64,000 nucleotides of DNA from Auanema rhodensis (lineage: Eukaryota > Animalia > Nematoda). Made by a program: the position numbers and the translations under genes. The stretch spans positions 19,220,001 to 19,284,000 of the forward strand of contig OZ059896.1 of assembly GCA_964057225.1 (NCBI GenBank). The letters run 5' to 3'. The notes under the pieces are model-generated. The model saw nothing but the letters and a program-made list of their open reading frames with translations. It ran no database searches and had not been told where the DNA came from. Positions 1-15,093 of the stretch are shown here, piece by piece (the stretch's first letter is position 1; every line of letters begins with the position of its first letter).

Positions 1-3000
1 CAGATCGACGCAGCTTAAAAATCCGCATCGAATGCACTATACTACATTGAGAAACGCTTAATACAAAAATTAGTTATGATCGTTTGAAAAATGATGCATT
101 AGTGTATGTTGAGTTTCCATGTACACTCAACATTGCTTCCAAAAACATTTTGACAAAAATTTTTTCGAAAAATTTCAAAATAATTTAGCAAAAAGTAGAT
201 GTTTTTAGATTCCTTTTTTCAAGGCAAAGACGATGGACAATGTTATTCAACGAAAAAATTAATTCTTCAGGGTGAAAATCGAGGATATAAGTGTGAACTT
301 ATATCAGTTGATATCTCGGTGCATTTTTAAGCTAGCGCAAATCTGATAACACAGATCGACGCAGCTTAAAAATCCGCATCGAATGCACTATACTACATTG
401 AGAAACGCTTAATACAAAAATTAGTTATGATCGTTTGAAAAATGATGCATTAGTGTATGTTGAGTTTCCATGTACACTCAACATTGCTTCCAAAAACATT
501 TCGACAAAAATTTTTTCGAAAAATTTCAAGATAATTTAGCAAAAAGTAGATGTTTTTAGATTCCTTTTTTCAAGGCAAAGACGATGGACAATGTTATTCA
601 ACAAAAAAATTAATTCTTCAGGGTGAAAATCGAGGATATAAGTGTGAACTTATATCAGTTGATATCTCGGTGCATTTTTAAGCTAGCGCAAATCCGATAA
701 CACAGATCGACGCAGCTTAAAAATCCGCATCGAATGCACTATACTACATTGAGAAACGCTTAATACAAAAATTAGTTATGATCGTTTGAAAAATGATGCA
801 TTAGTGTATGTTGAGTTTCCATGTACACTCAACATTGCTTCCAAAAACATTTTGACAAAAATTTTTTCGAAAAATTTCAAAATAATTTAGCAAAAAGTAG
901 ATGTTTTTAGATTCCTTTTTTCAAGGCAAAGACGATGGACAATGTTATTCAACGAAAAAATTAATTCTTCAGGGTGAAAATCGAGGATATAAGTGTGAAC
1001 TTATATCAGTTGATATCTCGGTGCATTTTTAAGCTAGCGCAAATCTGATAACACAGATCGACGCAGCTTAAAAATCCGCATCGAATGCACTATACTACAT
1101 TGAGAAACGCTTAATACAAAAATTAGTTATGATCGTTTGAAAAATGATGCATTAGTGTATGTTGAGTTTCCATGTACACTCAACATTGCTTCCAAAAACA
1201 TTTTGACAAAAATTTTTTCGAAAAATTTCAAAATAATTTAGCAAAAAGTAGATGTTTTTAGATTCCTTTTTTCAAGGCAAAGACGATGGACAATGTTATT
1301 CAACAAAAAAATTAGTTCTTCAGGGTGAAAATCGAGTATATAAGTGTGAACTTATATCAGTTGATATCTCGGTGCATTTTTAAGCTAGCGCAAATCTGAT
1401 AACACAGATCGACGCAGCTTAAAAATCCGCATCGAATGCACTATACTACATTGAGAAACGCTTAATACAAAAATTAGTTATGATCGTTTGAAAAATGATG
1501 CATTAGTGTATGTTGAGTTTCCATGTACACTCAACATTGCTTCCAAAAACATTTTGACAAAAATTTTTTCGAAAATTTTCAGAATAATTTAGCAAAAAGT
1601 AGATGTTTTCAGATTCCTTTTTTCAAGGCAAAGACGATGGACAATGTTATTCAACGAAAAAATTAATTCTTCAGGGTGAAAATCGAGGATATAAGTGTGA
1701 ACTTATATCAGTTGATATCTCGGTGCATTTTTAAGCTGGCGCAAATCTGATAACACAGATCGACGCAGCTTAAAAATCCGCATCGAATGCACTATACTAC
1801 ATTGAGAAACGCTTAATACAAAAATTAGTTATGATCGTTTGAAAAATGATGCATTAGTGTATGTTGAGTTTCCATGTACACTCAACATTGCTTCCAAAAA
1901 CATTTCGACAAAAATTTTTTCGAAAAATTTCAAGATAATTTAGCAAAAAGTAGATGTTTTTAGATTCCTTTTTTCAAGGCAAAGACGATGGACAATGTTA
2001 TTCAACAAAAAAATTAATTCTTCAGGGTGAAAATCGAGGATATAAGTGTGAACTTATATCAGTTGATATCTCGGTGCATTTTTAAGCTAGCGCAAATCTG
2101 ATAACACAGATCGACGCAGCTTAAAAATCCGCATCGAATGCACTATACTACATTGAGAAACGCTTAATACAAAAATTAGTTATGATCGTTTGAAAAATGA
2201 TGCATTAGTGTATGTTGAGTTTCCATGTACACTCAACATTGCTTCCAAAAACATTTTGACAAAAATTTTTTCGAAAAATTTCAAAATAATTTAGCAAAAA
2301 GTAGATGTTTTTAGATTCCTTTTTTCAAGGCAAAGACGATGGACAATGTTATTCAATGAAAAAATTAATTCTTCAGGGTGAAAATCGAGGATATAAGTGT
2401 GAACTTATATCAGTTGATATATCGGTGCATTTTTAAGCTAGCGCAAATCTCATAACACAGATCGACGCAGCTTAAAAATCCGCATCGAATGCACTATACT
2501 ACATTGAGAAACGCTTAATACAAAAATTAGTTATGATCGTTTGAAAAATGATGCATTAGTGTATGTTGAGTTTCCATGTACACTCAACATTGCTTCCAAA
2601 AACATTTTGACAAAAATTTTTTCGAAAATTTTCAGAATAATTTAGCAAAAAGTAGATGTTTTCAGATTCCTTTTTTCAAGGCAAAGACGATGGACAATGT
2701 TATTCAACGAAAAAATTAATTCTTCAGGGTGAAAATCGAGGATATAAGTGTGAACTTATATCAGTTGATATCTCGGTGCATTTTTAAGCTGGCGCAAATC
2801 TGATAACACAGATCGACGCAGCTTAAAAATCCGCATCGAATGCACTATACTACATTGAGAAACGCTTAATACAAAAATTAGTTATGATCGTTTGAAAAAT
2901 GATGCATTAGTGTATGTTGAGTTTCCATGTACACTCAACATTGCTTCCAAAAACATTTCGACAAAAATTTTTTCGAAAAATTTCAAGATAATTTAGCAAA

Positions 3001-6000
3001 AAGTAGATGTTTTTAGATTCCTTTTTTCAAGGCAAAGACGATGGACAATGTTATTCAACAAAAAAATTAATTCTTCAGGGTGAAAATCGAGGATATAAGT
3101 GTGAACTTATATCAGTTGATATCTCGGTGCATTTTTAAGCTAGCGCAAATCTGATAACACAGATCGACGCAGCTTAAAAATCCGCATCGAATGCACTATA
3201 CTACATTGAGAAACGCTTAATACAAAAATTAGTTATGATCGTTTGAAAAATGATGCATTAGTGTATGTTGAGTTTCCATGTACACTCAACGTTGCTTCCA
3301 AAAACATTTCGACAAAAATTTTTTCGAAAAATTTCAAGATAATTTAGCAAAAAGTAGATGTTTTTAGATTCCTTTTTTCAAGGCAAAGACGATGGACAAT
3401 GTTATTCAACAAAAAAATTAATTCTTCAGGGTGAAAATCGAGGATATAAGTGTGAACTTATATCAGTTGATATCTCGGTGCATTTTTAAGCTAGCGCAAA
3501 TCTGATAACACAGATCGATGCAGCTTAAAAATCCGCATCGAATGCACTATACTACATTGAGAAACGCTTAATACAAAAATTAGTTATGATCGTTTGAAAA
3601 ATGATGCATTAGTGTATGTTGAGTTTCCATGTACACTCAACATTGCTTCCAAAAACATTTTGACAAAAATTTTTTCGAAAAATTTCAAAATAATTTAGCA
3701 AAAAGTAGATGTTTTCAGATTCCTTTTTTCAAGGCAAAGACGATGGACAATGTTATTCAACGAAAAAATTAATTCTTCAGGGTGAAAATCGAGGATATGA
3801 GTGTGAACTTATATCAGTTGATATCTCGGTGCATTTTTAAGCTAGCGCAAATCTGATAACACAGATCGACGCAGCTTAAAAATCCGCATCGAATGCACTA
3901 TACTACATTGAGAAACGCTTAATACAAAAATTAGTTATGATCGTTTGAAAAATGATGCATTAGTGTATGTTGAGTTTCCATGTACACTCAACATTGCTTC
4001 CAAAAACATTTTGACAAAAATTTTTTCAAAAAATTTCAAAATAATTTAGCAAAAAGTAGATGTTTTCAGATTCCTTTTTTCAAGGCAAAGACGATGGACA
4101 ATGTTATTCAACGAAAAAATTAATTCTTCAGGGTGAAAATCGAGGATATGAGTGTGAACTTATATCAGTTGATATCTCGGTGCATTTTTAAGCTAGCGCA
4201 AATCTGATAACACAGATCGACGCAGCTTAAAAATCCGCATCGAATGCACTATACTACATTGAGAAACGCTTAATACGAAAATTAGTTATGATCGTTTGAA
4301 AAATGATGCATTAGTGTATGTTGAGTTTCCATGTACACTCAACATTGCTTCCAAAAACATTTTGACAAAAATTTTTTCGAAAAGTTTCAAGATAATTTAG
4401 CGAAAAGTAGATGTTTTTAGATTCCTTTTTTCAAGGCAAAGACGATGGACAATGTTATTCAACGAAAAAATTAATTCTTCAGGGTGAAAATCGAGGATAT
4501 GAGTGTGAACTTATATCAGTTGATATCTCGGTGCATTTTTAAGCTAGCGCAAATCTGATAACACAGATCGACGCAGCTTAAAAATCCGCATCGAATGCAC
4601 TATAGTACATTGAGAAACGCTTAATACAAAAATTAGTTACGATCGTTTGAAAAATGATGCATTAGTGTATGTTGAGTTTCCATGTACACTCAACATAGCT
4701 TCCAAAAACATTTTGACAAAAATTTTTTCAAAAAATTTCAAAATAATTTAGCAAAAAGTAGATGTTTTTAGATTCCTTTTTTCAAGGCAAAGACGATGGA
4801 CAATGTTACTCAACGAAAAAATTAATTCTTCAGGGTGAAAATCGAGGATATAAGTGTGAACTTATATCAGTTGATATCTCGGTGCATTTTTAAGCTAGCG
4901 CAAATCTGATAACACAGATCGACGCAGCTTAAAAATCCGCATCGAATGCACTGTACTACATTGAGAAACGCTTAATACAAAAATTAGTTATGATCGTTTG
5001 AAAAATGATGCATTAGTGTATGTTGAGTTTCCATGTACACTCAACATTGCTTCCAAAAACATTTTGACAAAAATTTTTTCGAAAAATTTCAAAATAATTT
5101 AGCAAAAAGTAGATGTTTTTAGATTCCTTTTTTCAAGGCAAAGACGATGGACAATGTTACTCAACGAAAAAATTAATTCTTCAGGGTGAAAATCGAGGAT
5201 ATAAGTGTGAACTTATATCAGTTGATATCTCGGTGCATTTTTAAGCTAGCGCAAATCTGATAACACAGATCGACGCAGCTTAAAAATCCGCATCGAATGC
5301 ACTGTACTACATTGAGAAACGATTAATACAAGAATTAGTTATGATCGTTTGAAAAATGATGCATTAGTGTATGTTGAGTTTTCATGTACACTCAACATTG
5401 CTTCCAAAAACATTTTGACAAAAATTTTTTCGAAAAATTTCAGAATAATTTAGCAAAAAGTAGATGTTTTTAGATTCCATTTCTCAAGGCAAAGACGATG
5501 GACAATGTTACTCAACGAAAAAATTAATTCTTCAGGGTGAAAATCGAGGATATAAGTGTGAACTTATATCAGTTGATATCTCGGTGCATTTTTAAGCTAG
5601 CGCAAATCTGATAACACAGATCGACGCAGCTTAAAAATCCGCATCGAATGCACTATACTACATTGAGAAACGCTTAATACAAAAATTAGTTATGATCGTT
5701 TGAAAAATGATGCATTAGTGTATGTTGAGTTTCCATGTACACTCAACATTGCTTCCAAAAACATTTTGACGAAAATTTTTTCGAAAAATTTCAAAATAAT
5801 TTAGCAAAAAGTAGATGTTTTTAGATTCCTTTTTTCAAGGCAAAGACGATGGACAATGTTACTCAACAAAAAAATTAATTCTTCAGGGTGAAAATCGAGG
5901 ATATAAGTGTGAACTTATATCAGTTGATATCTCGGTGCATTTTTAAGCTAGCGCAAATCTAATAACACAGATCGACGCAGCTTAAAAATCCGCATCGAAT

Positions 6001-9000
6001 GCACTATACTACATTGAGAAACGCTTAATACAAAAATTAGTTATGATCGTTTGAAAAATGATGCATTAGTGTATGTTGAGTTTCCATGTACACTCAACAT
6101 TGCTTCCAAAAACATTTTGACAAAAATTTTTTCGAAAAATTTCAAAATAATTTAGCAAAAAGTAGATGTTTTTAGATTTCTTTTTTCAAGGCAAAGACGA
6201 TGGACAATGTTATTCAACGAAAAAATTAATTCTTCAGGGTGAAAATCGAGGATATAAGTGTGAACTTATATCAGTTGATATCTCGGTGCATTTTTAAGCT
6301 AGCGCAAATCTGATAACACAGATCGACGCAGCTTAAAAATCCGCATCGAATGCACTGTACTACATTGAGAAACGCTTAATACAAAAATTAGTTATGATCG
6401 TTTGAAAAATGATGCATTAGTGTATGTTGAGTTTCCATGTACACTCAACATTGCTTCCAAAAACATTTTGACGAAAATTTTTTCGAAAAATTTCAAAATA
6501 ATTTAGCAAAAAATAGATGTTTTTAGATTCCTTTTTTCAAGGCAAAGACGATGGACAATGTTACTCAACAAAAAAATTAATTCTTCAGGGTGAAAATCGA
6601 GGATATAAGTGTGAACTTATATCAGTTGATATCTCGGTGCATTTTTAAGCTAGCGCAAATCTGATAACACAGATCGACGCAGCTTAAAAATCCGCATCGA
6701 ATGCACTATACTACATTGAGAAACGCTTAATACAAAAATTAGTTATGATCGTTTGAAAAATGATGCATTAGTGTATGTTGAGTTTCCATGTACACTCAAC
6801 ATTGCTTCCAAAAACATTTTGACAAAAATTTTTTCGAAAAATTTCAAAATAATTTAGCAAAAAGTAGATGTTTTTAGATTCCTTTTTTCAAGGCAAAGAC
6901 GATGGACAATGTTACTCAACGAAAAAATTAATTCTTCAGGGTGAAAATCGAGGATATAAGTGTGAACTTATATCAGTTGATATCTCGGTGCATTTTTAAG
7001 CTAGCGCAAATCTGATAACACAGATCGACGCAGCTTAAAAATCCGCATCGAATGCACTGTACTACATTGAGAAACGATAAATACAAGAATTAGTTATGAT
7101 CGTTTGAAAAATGATGCATTAGTGTATGTTGAGTTTCCATGTACACTCAACATTGCTTCCAAAAACATTTTGACAAAAATTTTTTCGAAAAATTTCAAAA
7201 TAATTTAGCAAAAAGTAGATGTTTTTAGATTCCATTTCTCAAGGCAAAGACGATGGACAATGTTACTCAACGAAAAAATTAATTCTTCAGGGTGAAAATC
7301 GAGGATATAAGTGTGAACTTATATCAGTTGATATCTCGGTGCATTTTTAAGCTAGCGCAAATCTGATAACACAGATCGACGCAGCTTAAAAATCCGCATC
7401 GAATGCACTATACTACATTGAGAAACGCTTAATACAAAAATTAGTTATGATCGTTTGAAAAATGATGCATTAGTGTATGTTGAGTTTCCATGTACACTCA
7501 ACATTGCTTCCAAAAACATTTTGACGAAAATTTTTTCGAAAAATTTCAAAATAATTTAGCAAAAAATAGATGTTTTTAGATTCCTTTTTTCAAGGCAAAG
7601 ACGATGGACAATGTTACTCAACAAAAAAATTAATTCTTCAGGGTGAAAATCGAGGATATAAGTGTGAACTTATATCAGTTGATATCTCGGTGCATTTTTA
7701 AGCTAGCGCAAATCTGATAACACAGATCGACGCAGCTTAAAAATCCGCATCGAATGCACTATACTACATTGAGAAACGCTTAATACAAAAATTAGTTATG
7801 ATCGTTTGAAAAATGATGCATTAGTGTATGTTGAGTTTCCATGTACACTCAACATTGCTTCCAAAAACATTTTGACGAAAATTTTTTCGAAAAATTTCAA
7901 AATAATTTAGCAAAAAGTAGATGTTTTTAGATTCCTTTTTTCAAGGCAAAGACGATGGACAATGTTACTCAACAAAAAAATTAATTCTTCAGGGTGAAAA
8001 TCGAGGATATAAGTGTGAACTTATATCAGTTGATATCTCGGTGCATTTTTAAGCTAGCGCAAATCTGATAACACAGATCGACGCAGCTTAAAAATCCGCA
8101 TCGAATGCACTATACTACATTGAGAAACGCTTAATACAAAAATTAGTTATGATCGTTTGAAAAATGATGCATTAGTGTATGTTGAGTTTCCATGTACACT
8201 CAACATTGCTTCCAAAAACATTTTGACAAAAATTTTTTCGAAAAATTTCAAAATAATTTAGCAAAAAGTAGATGTTTTTAGATTCCTTTTTTCAAGGCAA
8301 AGACGATGGACAATGTTACTCAACGAAAAAATTAATTCTTCAGGGTGAAAATCGAGGATATAAGTGTGAACTTATATCAGTTGATATCTCGGTGCATTTT
8401 TAAGCTAGCGCAAATCTGATAACACAGATCGACGCAGCTTAAAAATCCGCATCGAATGCACTGTACTACATTGAGAAACGATTAATACAAGAATTAGTTA
8501 TGATCGTTTGAAAAATGATGCATTAGTGTATGTTGAGTTTCCATGTACACTCAACATTGCTTCCAAAAACATTTTGACAAAAATTTTTTCGAAAAATTTC
8601 AAAATAATTTAGCAAAAAGTAGATGTTTTTAGATTCCATTTCTCAAGGCAAAGACGATGGACAATGTTACTCAACGAAAAAATTAATTCTTCAGGGTGAA
8701 AATCGAGGATATAAGTGTGAACTTATATCAGTTGATATCTCGGTGCATTTTTAAGCTAGCGCAAATCTGATAACACAGATCGACGCAGCTTAAAAATCCG
8801 CATCGAATGCACTATACTACATTGAGAAACGCTTAATACAAAAATTAGTTATGATCGTTTGAAAAATGATGCATTAGTGTATGTTGAGTTTCCATGTACA
8901 CTCAACATTGCTTCCAAAAACATTTTGACGAAAATTTTTTCGAAAAATTTCAAAATAATTTAGCAAAAAATAGATGTTTTTAGATTCCTTTTTTCAAGGC

Positions 9001-12000
9001 AAAGACGATGGACAATGTTACTCAACAAAAAAATTAATTCTTCAGGGTGAAAATCGAGGATATAAGTGTGAACTTATATCAGTTGATATCTCGGTGCATT
9101 TTTAAGCTAGCGCAAATCTGATAACACAGATCGACGCAGCTTAAAAATCCGCATCGAATGCACTATACTACATTGAGAAACGCTTAATACAAAAATTAGT
9201 TATGATCGTTTGAAAAATGATGCATTAGTGTATGTTGAGTTTCCATGTACACTCAACATTGCTTCCAAAAACATTTTGACGAAAATTTTTTCGAAAAATT
9301 TCAAAATAATTTAGCAAAAAGTAGATGTTTTTAGATTCCTTTTTTCAAGGCAAAGACGATGGACAATGTTACTCAACAAAAAAATTAATTCTTCAGGGTG
9401 AAAATCGAGGATATAAGTGTGAACTTATATCAGTTGATATCTCGGTGCATTTTTAAGCTAGCGCAAATCTGATAACACAGAACGACGCAGCTTAAAAATC
9501 CGCATCGAATGCACTATACTACATTGAAAAACGCATAATACAAAAATTAGTTATGATCGTTTGAAAAATGATGCATTAGTGTATGTTGAGTTTCCATGTA
9601 CACTCAACATTGCTTCCAAAAACATTTTGACAAAAATTTTTTCGAAAAATTTCAAAATAATTTAGCAAAAAGTAGATGTTTTTAGATTCCTTTTTTCAAG
9701 GCAAAGACGATGGACAATGTTATTCAACGAAAAAATTGATACTTCAGGGTGAAAATCGAGGATATAAGTGTGAACTTATATCAGTTGATATCTCGGTGCA
9801 TTTTTAAGCTAGCGCAAATCTGATAACACAGATCGACGCAGCTTAAAAATCCACATCGAATGCACTATACTACATTGAGAAACGCTTAATACAAAAATTA
9901 GTTATGATCGTTTGAAAAATGATGCATTAGTGTATGTTGAGTTTCCATGTACACTCAACATTGCTTCCAAAAACATTTTGACAAAAATTTTTTCGAAAAA
10001 TTTCAAAATAATTTAGCAAAAAGTAGATGTTTTTAGATTCCTTTTTTCAAGGCAAAGACGATGGACAATGTTACTCAACGAAAAAATTAATTCTTCAGGG
10101 TGAAAATCGAGGATATAAGTGTGAACTTATATCAGTTGATATCTCGGTGCATTTTTAAGCTAGCGCAAATCTGATAACACAGATCGACGCAGCTTAAAAA
10201 TCCGCATCGAATGCACTGTACTACATTGAGAAACGATTAATACAAGAATTAGTTATGATCGTTTGAAAAATGATGCATTAGTGTATGTTGAGTTTCCATG
10301 TACACTCAACATTGCTTCCAAAAACATTTTGACGAAAATTTTTTCGAAAAATTTCAAAATAATTTAGCAAAAAGTAGATGTTTTTAGATTCCTTTTTTCA
10401 AGGCAAAGACGATGGACAATGTTACTCAACAAAAAAATTAATTCTTCAGGGTGAAAATCGAGGATATAAGTGTGAACTTATATCAGTTGATATCTCGGTG
10501 CATTTTTAAGCTAGCGCAAATCTAATAACACAGATCGACGCAGCTTAAAAATCCGCATCGAATGCACTATACTACATTGAGAAACGCTTAATACAAAAAT
10601 TAGTTATGATCGTTTGAAAAATGATGCATTAGTGTATGTTGAGTTTCCATGTACACTCAACATTGCTTCCAAAAACATTTTGACAAAAATTTTTTCGAAA
10701 AATTTCAAAATAATTTAGCAAAAAGTAGATGTTTTTAGATTTCTTTTTTCAAGGCAAAGACGATGGACAATGTTATTCAACGAAAAAATTAATTCTTCAG
10801 GGTGAAAATCGAGGATATAAGTGTGAACTTATATCAGTTGATATCTCGGTGCATTTTTAAGCTAGCGCAAATCTGATAACACAGATCGACGCAGCTTAAA
10901 AATCCGCATCGAATGCACTGTACTACATTGAGAAACGCTTAATACAAAAATTAGTTATGATCGTTTGAAAAATGATGCATTAGTGTATGTTGAGTTTCCA
11001 TGTACACTCAACATTGCTTCCAAAAACATTTTGACAAAAATTTTTTCAAAAAATTTCAAAATAATTTAGCAAAAAGTAGATGTTTTTAGATTCCATTTCT
11101 CAAGGCAAAGACGATGGACAAGGTTATTCAATGAAAAAATTAATTCTTCAGGGTGAAAATCGAGGATATAAGTGTGAACTTATATCAGTTGATATCTCGG
11201 TGCATTTTTAAGCTAGCGCAAATATGATAACACAGATCGACGCAGCTTAAAAATCCGCATCGAATGCACTGTACTACATTGAGAAACGCTTAATACAAAA
11301 ATTAGTTATGATCGTTTGAAAAATGATGCATTAGTGTATGTTGAGTTTCCATGTACACTCAACATTGCTTCCAAAAACATTTTGACAAAAATTTTTTCAA
11401 AAAATTTCAAAATAATTTAGCAAAAAGTTGATGTTTTTAGATTCCATTTCTCAAGGCAAAGACGATGGACAAGGTTATTCAACGAAAAAATTAATTCTTC
11501 AGGGTGAAAATCGAGGATATAAGTGTGAACTTATATCAGTTGATATCTCGGTGCATTTTTAAGCTAGCGCAAATCTGATAACACAGATCGACGCAGCTTA
11601 AAAATCCGCATCGAATGCACTATACTACATTGAGAAACGCTTAATACAAAAATTAGTTATGATCGTTTGAAAAATGATGCATTAGTGTATGTTGAGTTTC
11701 CATGTACACTCAACATTGCTTCCAAAAACATTTTGACGAAAATTTTTTCGAAAAATTTCAAAATAATTTAGCAAAAAGTAGATGTTTTTAGATTCCTTTT
11801 TTCAAGGCAAAGACGATGGACAATGTTACTCAACAAAAAAATTAATTCTTCAGGGTGAAAATCGAGGATATAAGTGTGAACTTATATCAGTTGATATCTC
11901 GGTGCATTTTTAAGCTAGCGCAAATCTGATAACACAGAACGACGCAGCTTAAAAATCCGCATCGAATGCACTATACTACATTGAAAAACGCATAATACAA

Positions 12001-15000
12001 AAATTAGTTATGATCGTTTGAAAAATGATGCATTAGTGTATGTTGAGTTTCCATGTACACTCAACATTGCTTCCAAAAACATTTTGACAAAAATTTTTTC
12101 GAAAAATTTCAAGATAATTTAGCAAAAAGTAGATGTTTTTAGATTCCTTTTTTCAAGGCAAAGACGATGGACAATGTTATTCAACGAAAAAATTAATTCT
12201 TCAGGGTGAAAATCGAGGATATAAGTGTGAACTTATATCAGTTGATATCTCGGTGCATTTTTAAGCTAGCGCAAATCTGATAACACAGATCGACGCAGCT
12301 TAAAAATCCACATCGAATGCACTATACTACATTGAGAAACGCTTAATACAAAAATTAGTTATGATCGTTTGAAAAATGATGCATTAGTGTATGTTGAGTT
12401 TCCATGTACACTCAACATTGCTTCCAAAAACATTTTGACAAAAATTTTTTCGAAAAATTTCAAAATAATTTAGCAAAAAGTAGATGTTTTTAGATTTCTT
12501 TTTTCAAGGCAAAGACGATGGACAATGTTATTCAACGAAAAAATTAATTCTTCAGGGTGAAAATCGAGGATATAAGTGTGAACTTATATCAGTTGATATC
12601 TCGGTGCATTTTTAAGCTAGCGCAAATCTGATAACACAGATCGACGCAGCTTAAAAATTCGCATCGAATGCACTATACCACATTGAGAAACGCTTAATAC
12701 AAAAATTAGTTATGATCGTTTGAAAAATGATGCATTAGTGTATGTTGAGTTTCCATGTACACTCAACATTGCTTCCAAAAACATTTTGACGAAAATTTTT
12801 TCGAAAAATTTCAAAATAATTTAGCAAAAAGTAGATGTTTTTAGATTTCTTTTTTCAAGGCAAAGACGATGGACAATGTTATTCAACGAAAAAATTAATT
12901 CTTCAGGGTGAAAATCGAGGATATAAGTGTGAACTTATATCAGTTGATATCTCGGTGCATTTTTAAGCTAGCGCAAATCTGATAACACAGATCGACGCAG
13001 CTTAAAAATCCGCATCGAATGCACTGTACTACATTGAGAAACGCTTAATACAAAAATTAGTTATGATCGTTTGAAAAATGATGCATTAGTGTATGTTGAG
13101 TTTCCATGTACACTCAACATTGCTTCCAAAAACATTTTGACAAAAATTTTTTCAAAAAATTTCAAAATAATTTAGCAAAAAGTAGATGTTTTTAGATTCC
13201 ATTTCTCAAGGCAAAGACGATGGACAAGGTGATTCAACGAAAAAATTAATTCTTCAGGGTGAAAATCGAGGATATAAGTGTGAACTTATATCAGTTGATA
13301 TCTCGGTGCATTTTTAAGCTAGCGCAAATCTGATAACACAGATCGACGCAGCTTAAAAATCCGCATCGAATGCACTATACTACATTGAGAAACGCTTAAT
13401 ACAAAAATTAGTTATGATCGTTTGAAAAATGATGCATTAGTGTATGTTGAGTTTCCATGTACACTCAACATTGCTTCCAAAAACATTTTGACAAAAATTT
13501 TTTCGAAAAATTTCAAAATAATTTAGCAAAAAGTAGATGTTTTTAGATTCCTTTTTTCAAGGCAAAGACGATGGACAATGTTATTCAACGAAAAAATTAA
13601 TTCTTTAGGGTGAAAATCGAGGATATAAGTGTGAACTTATATCAGTTGATATCTCGGTGCATTTTTAAGCTAGCGCAAATCTGATAACACAGATCGACGC
13701 AGCTTAAAAATCCACATCGAATGCACTATACTACATTGAGAAACGCTTAATACAAAAATTAGTTATGATCGTTTGAAAAATGATGCATTAGTGTATGTTG
13801 AGTTTCCATGTACACTCAACATTGCTTCCAAAAACATTTTGACGAAAATTTTTTCGAAAAATTTCAAAATAATTTAGCAAAAAATAGATGTTTTTAGATT
13901 CCTTTTTTCAAGGCAAAGACGATGGACAATGTTACTCAACAAAAAAATTAATTCTTCAGGGTGAAAATCGAGGATATAAGTGTGAACTTATATCAGTTGA
14001 TATCTCGGTGCATTTTTAAGCTAGCGCAAATCTGATAACACAGATCGACGCAGCTTAAAAATCCGCATCGAATGCACTATACTACATTGAGAAACGCTTA
14101 ATACAAAAATTAGTTATGATCGTTTGAAAAATGATGCATTAGTGTATGTTGAGTTTCCATGTACACTCAACATTGCTTCCAAAAACATTTTGACGAAAAT
14201 TTTTTCGAAAAATTTCAAAATAATTTAGCAAAAAGTAGATGTTTTTAGATTCCTTTTTTCAAGGCAAAGACGATGGACAATGTTACTCAACAAAAAAATT
14301 AATTCTTCAGGGTGAAAATCGAGGATATAAGTGTGAACTTATATCAGTTGATATCTCGGTGCATTTTTAAGCTAGCGCAAATCTGATAACACAGATCGAC
14401 GCAGCTTAAAAATCCGCATCGAATGCACTATACTACATTGAGAAACGCTTAATACAAAAATTAGTTATGATCGTTTGAAAAATGATGCATTAGTGTATGT
14501 TGAGTTTCCATGTACACTCAACATTGCTTCCAAAAACATTTTGACAAAAATTTTTTCGAAAAATTTCAAAATAATTTAGCAAAAAGTAGATGTTTTTAGA
14601 TTCCTTTTTTCAAGGCAAAGACGATGGACAATGTTATTCAACGAAAAAATTAATTCTTTAGGGTGAAAATCGAGGATATAAGTGTGAACTTATATCAGTT
14701 GATATCTCGGTGCATTTTTAAGCTAGCGCAAATCTGATAACACAGATCGACGCAGCTTAAAAATCCACATCGAATGCACTATACTACATTGAGAAACGCT
14801 TAATACAAAAATTAGTTATGATCGTTTGAAAAATGATGCATTAGTGTATGTTGAGTTTCCATGTACACTCAACATTGCTTCCAAAAACATTTTGACGAAA
14901 ATTTTTTCGAAAAATTTCAAAATAATTTAGCAAAAAATAGATGTTTTTAGATTCCTTTTTTCAAGGCAAAGACGATGGACAATGTTACTCAACAAAAAAA

Positions 15001-15093
15001 TTAATTCTTCAGGGTGAAAATCGAGGATATAAGTGTGAACTTATATCAGTTGATATCTCGGTGCATTTTTAAGCTAGCGCAAATCTGATAACA

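Noticed and set aside
343-410. Hammerhead ribozyme in the satellite (CTGATAA...GAAA)
   Set aside because: Core-like words are present, but the required stems I-III could not be built. A covariance-model search would settle it.
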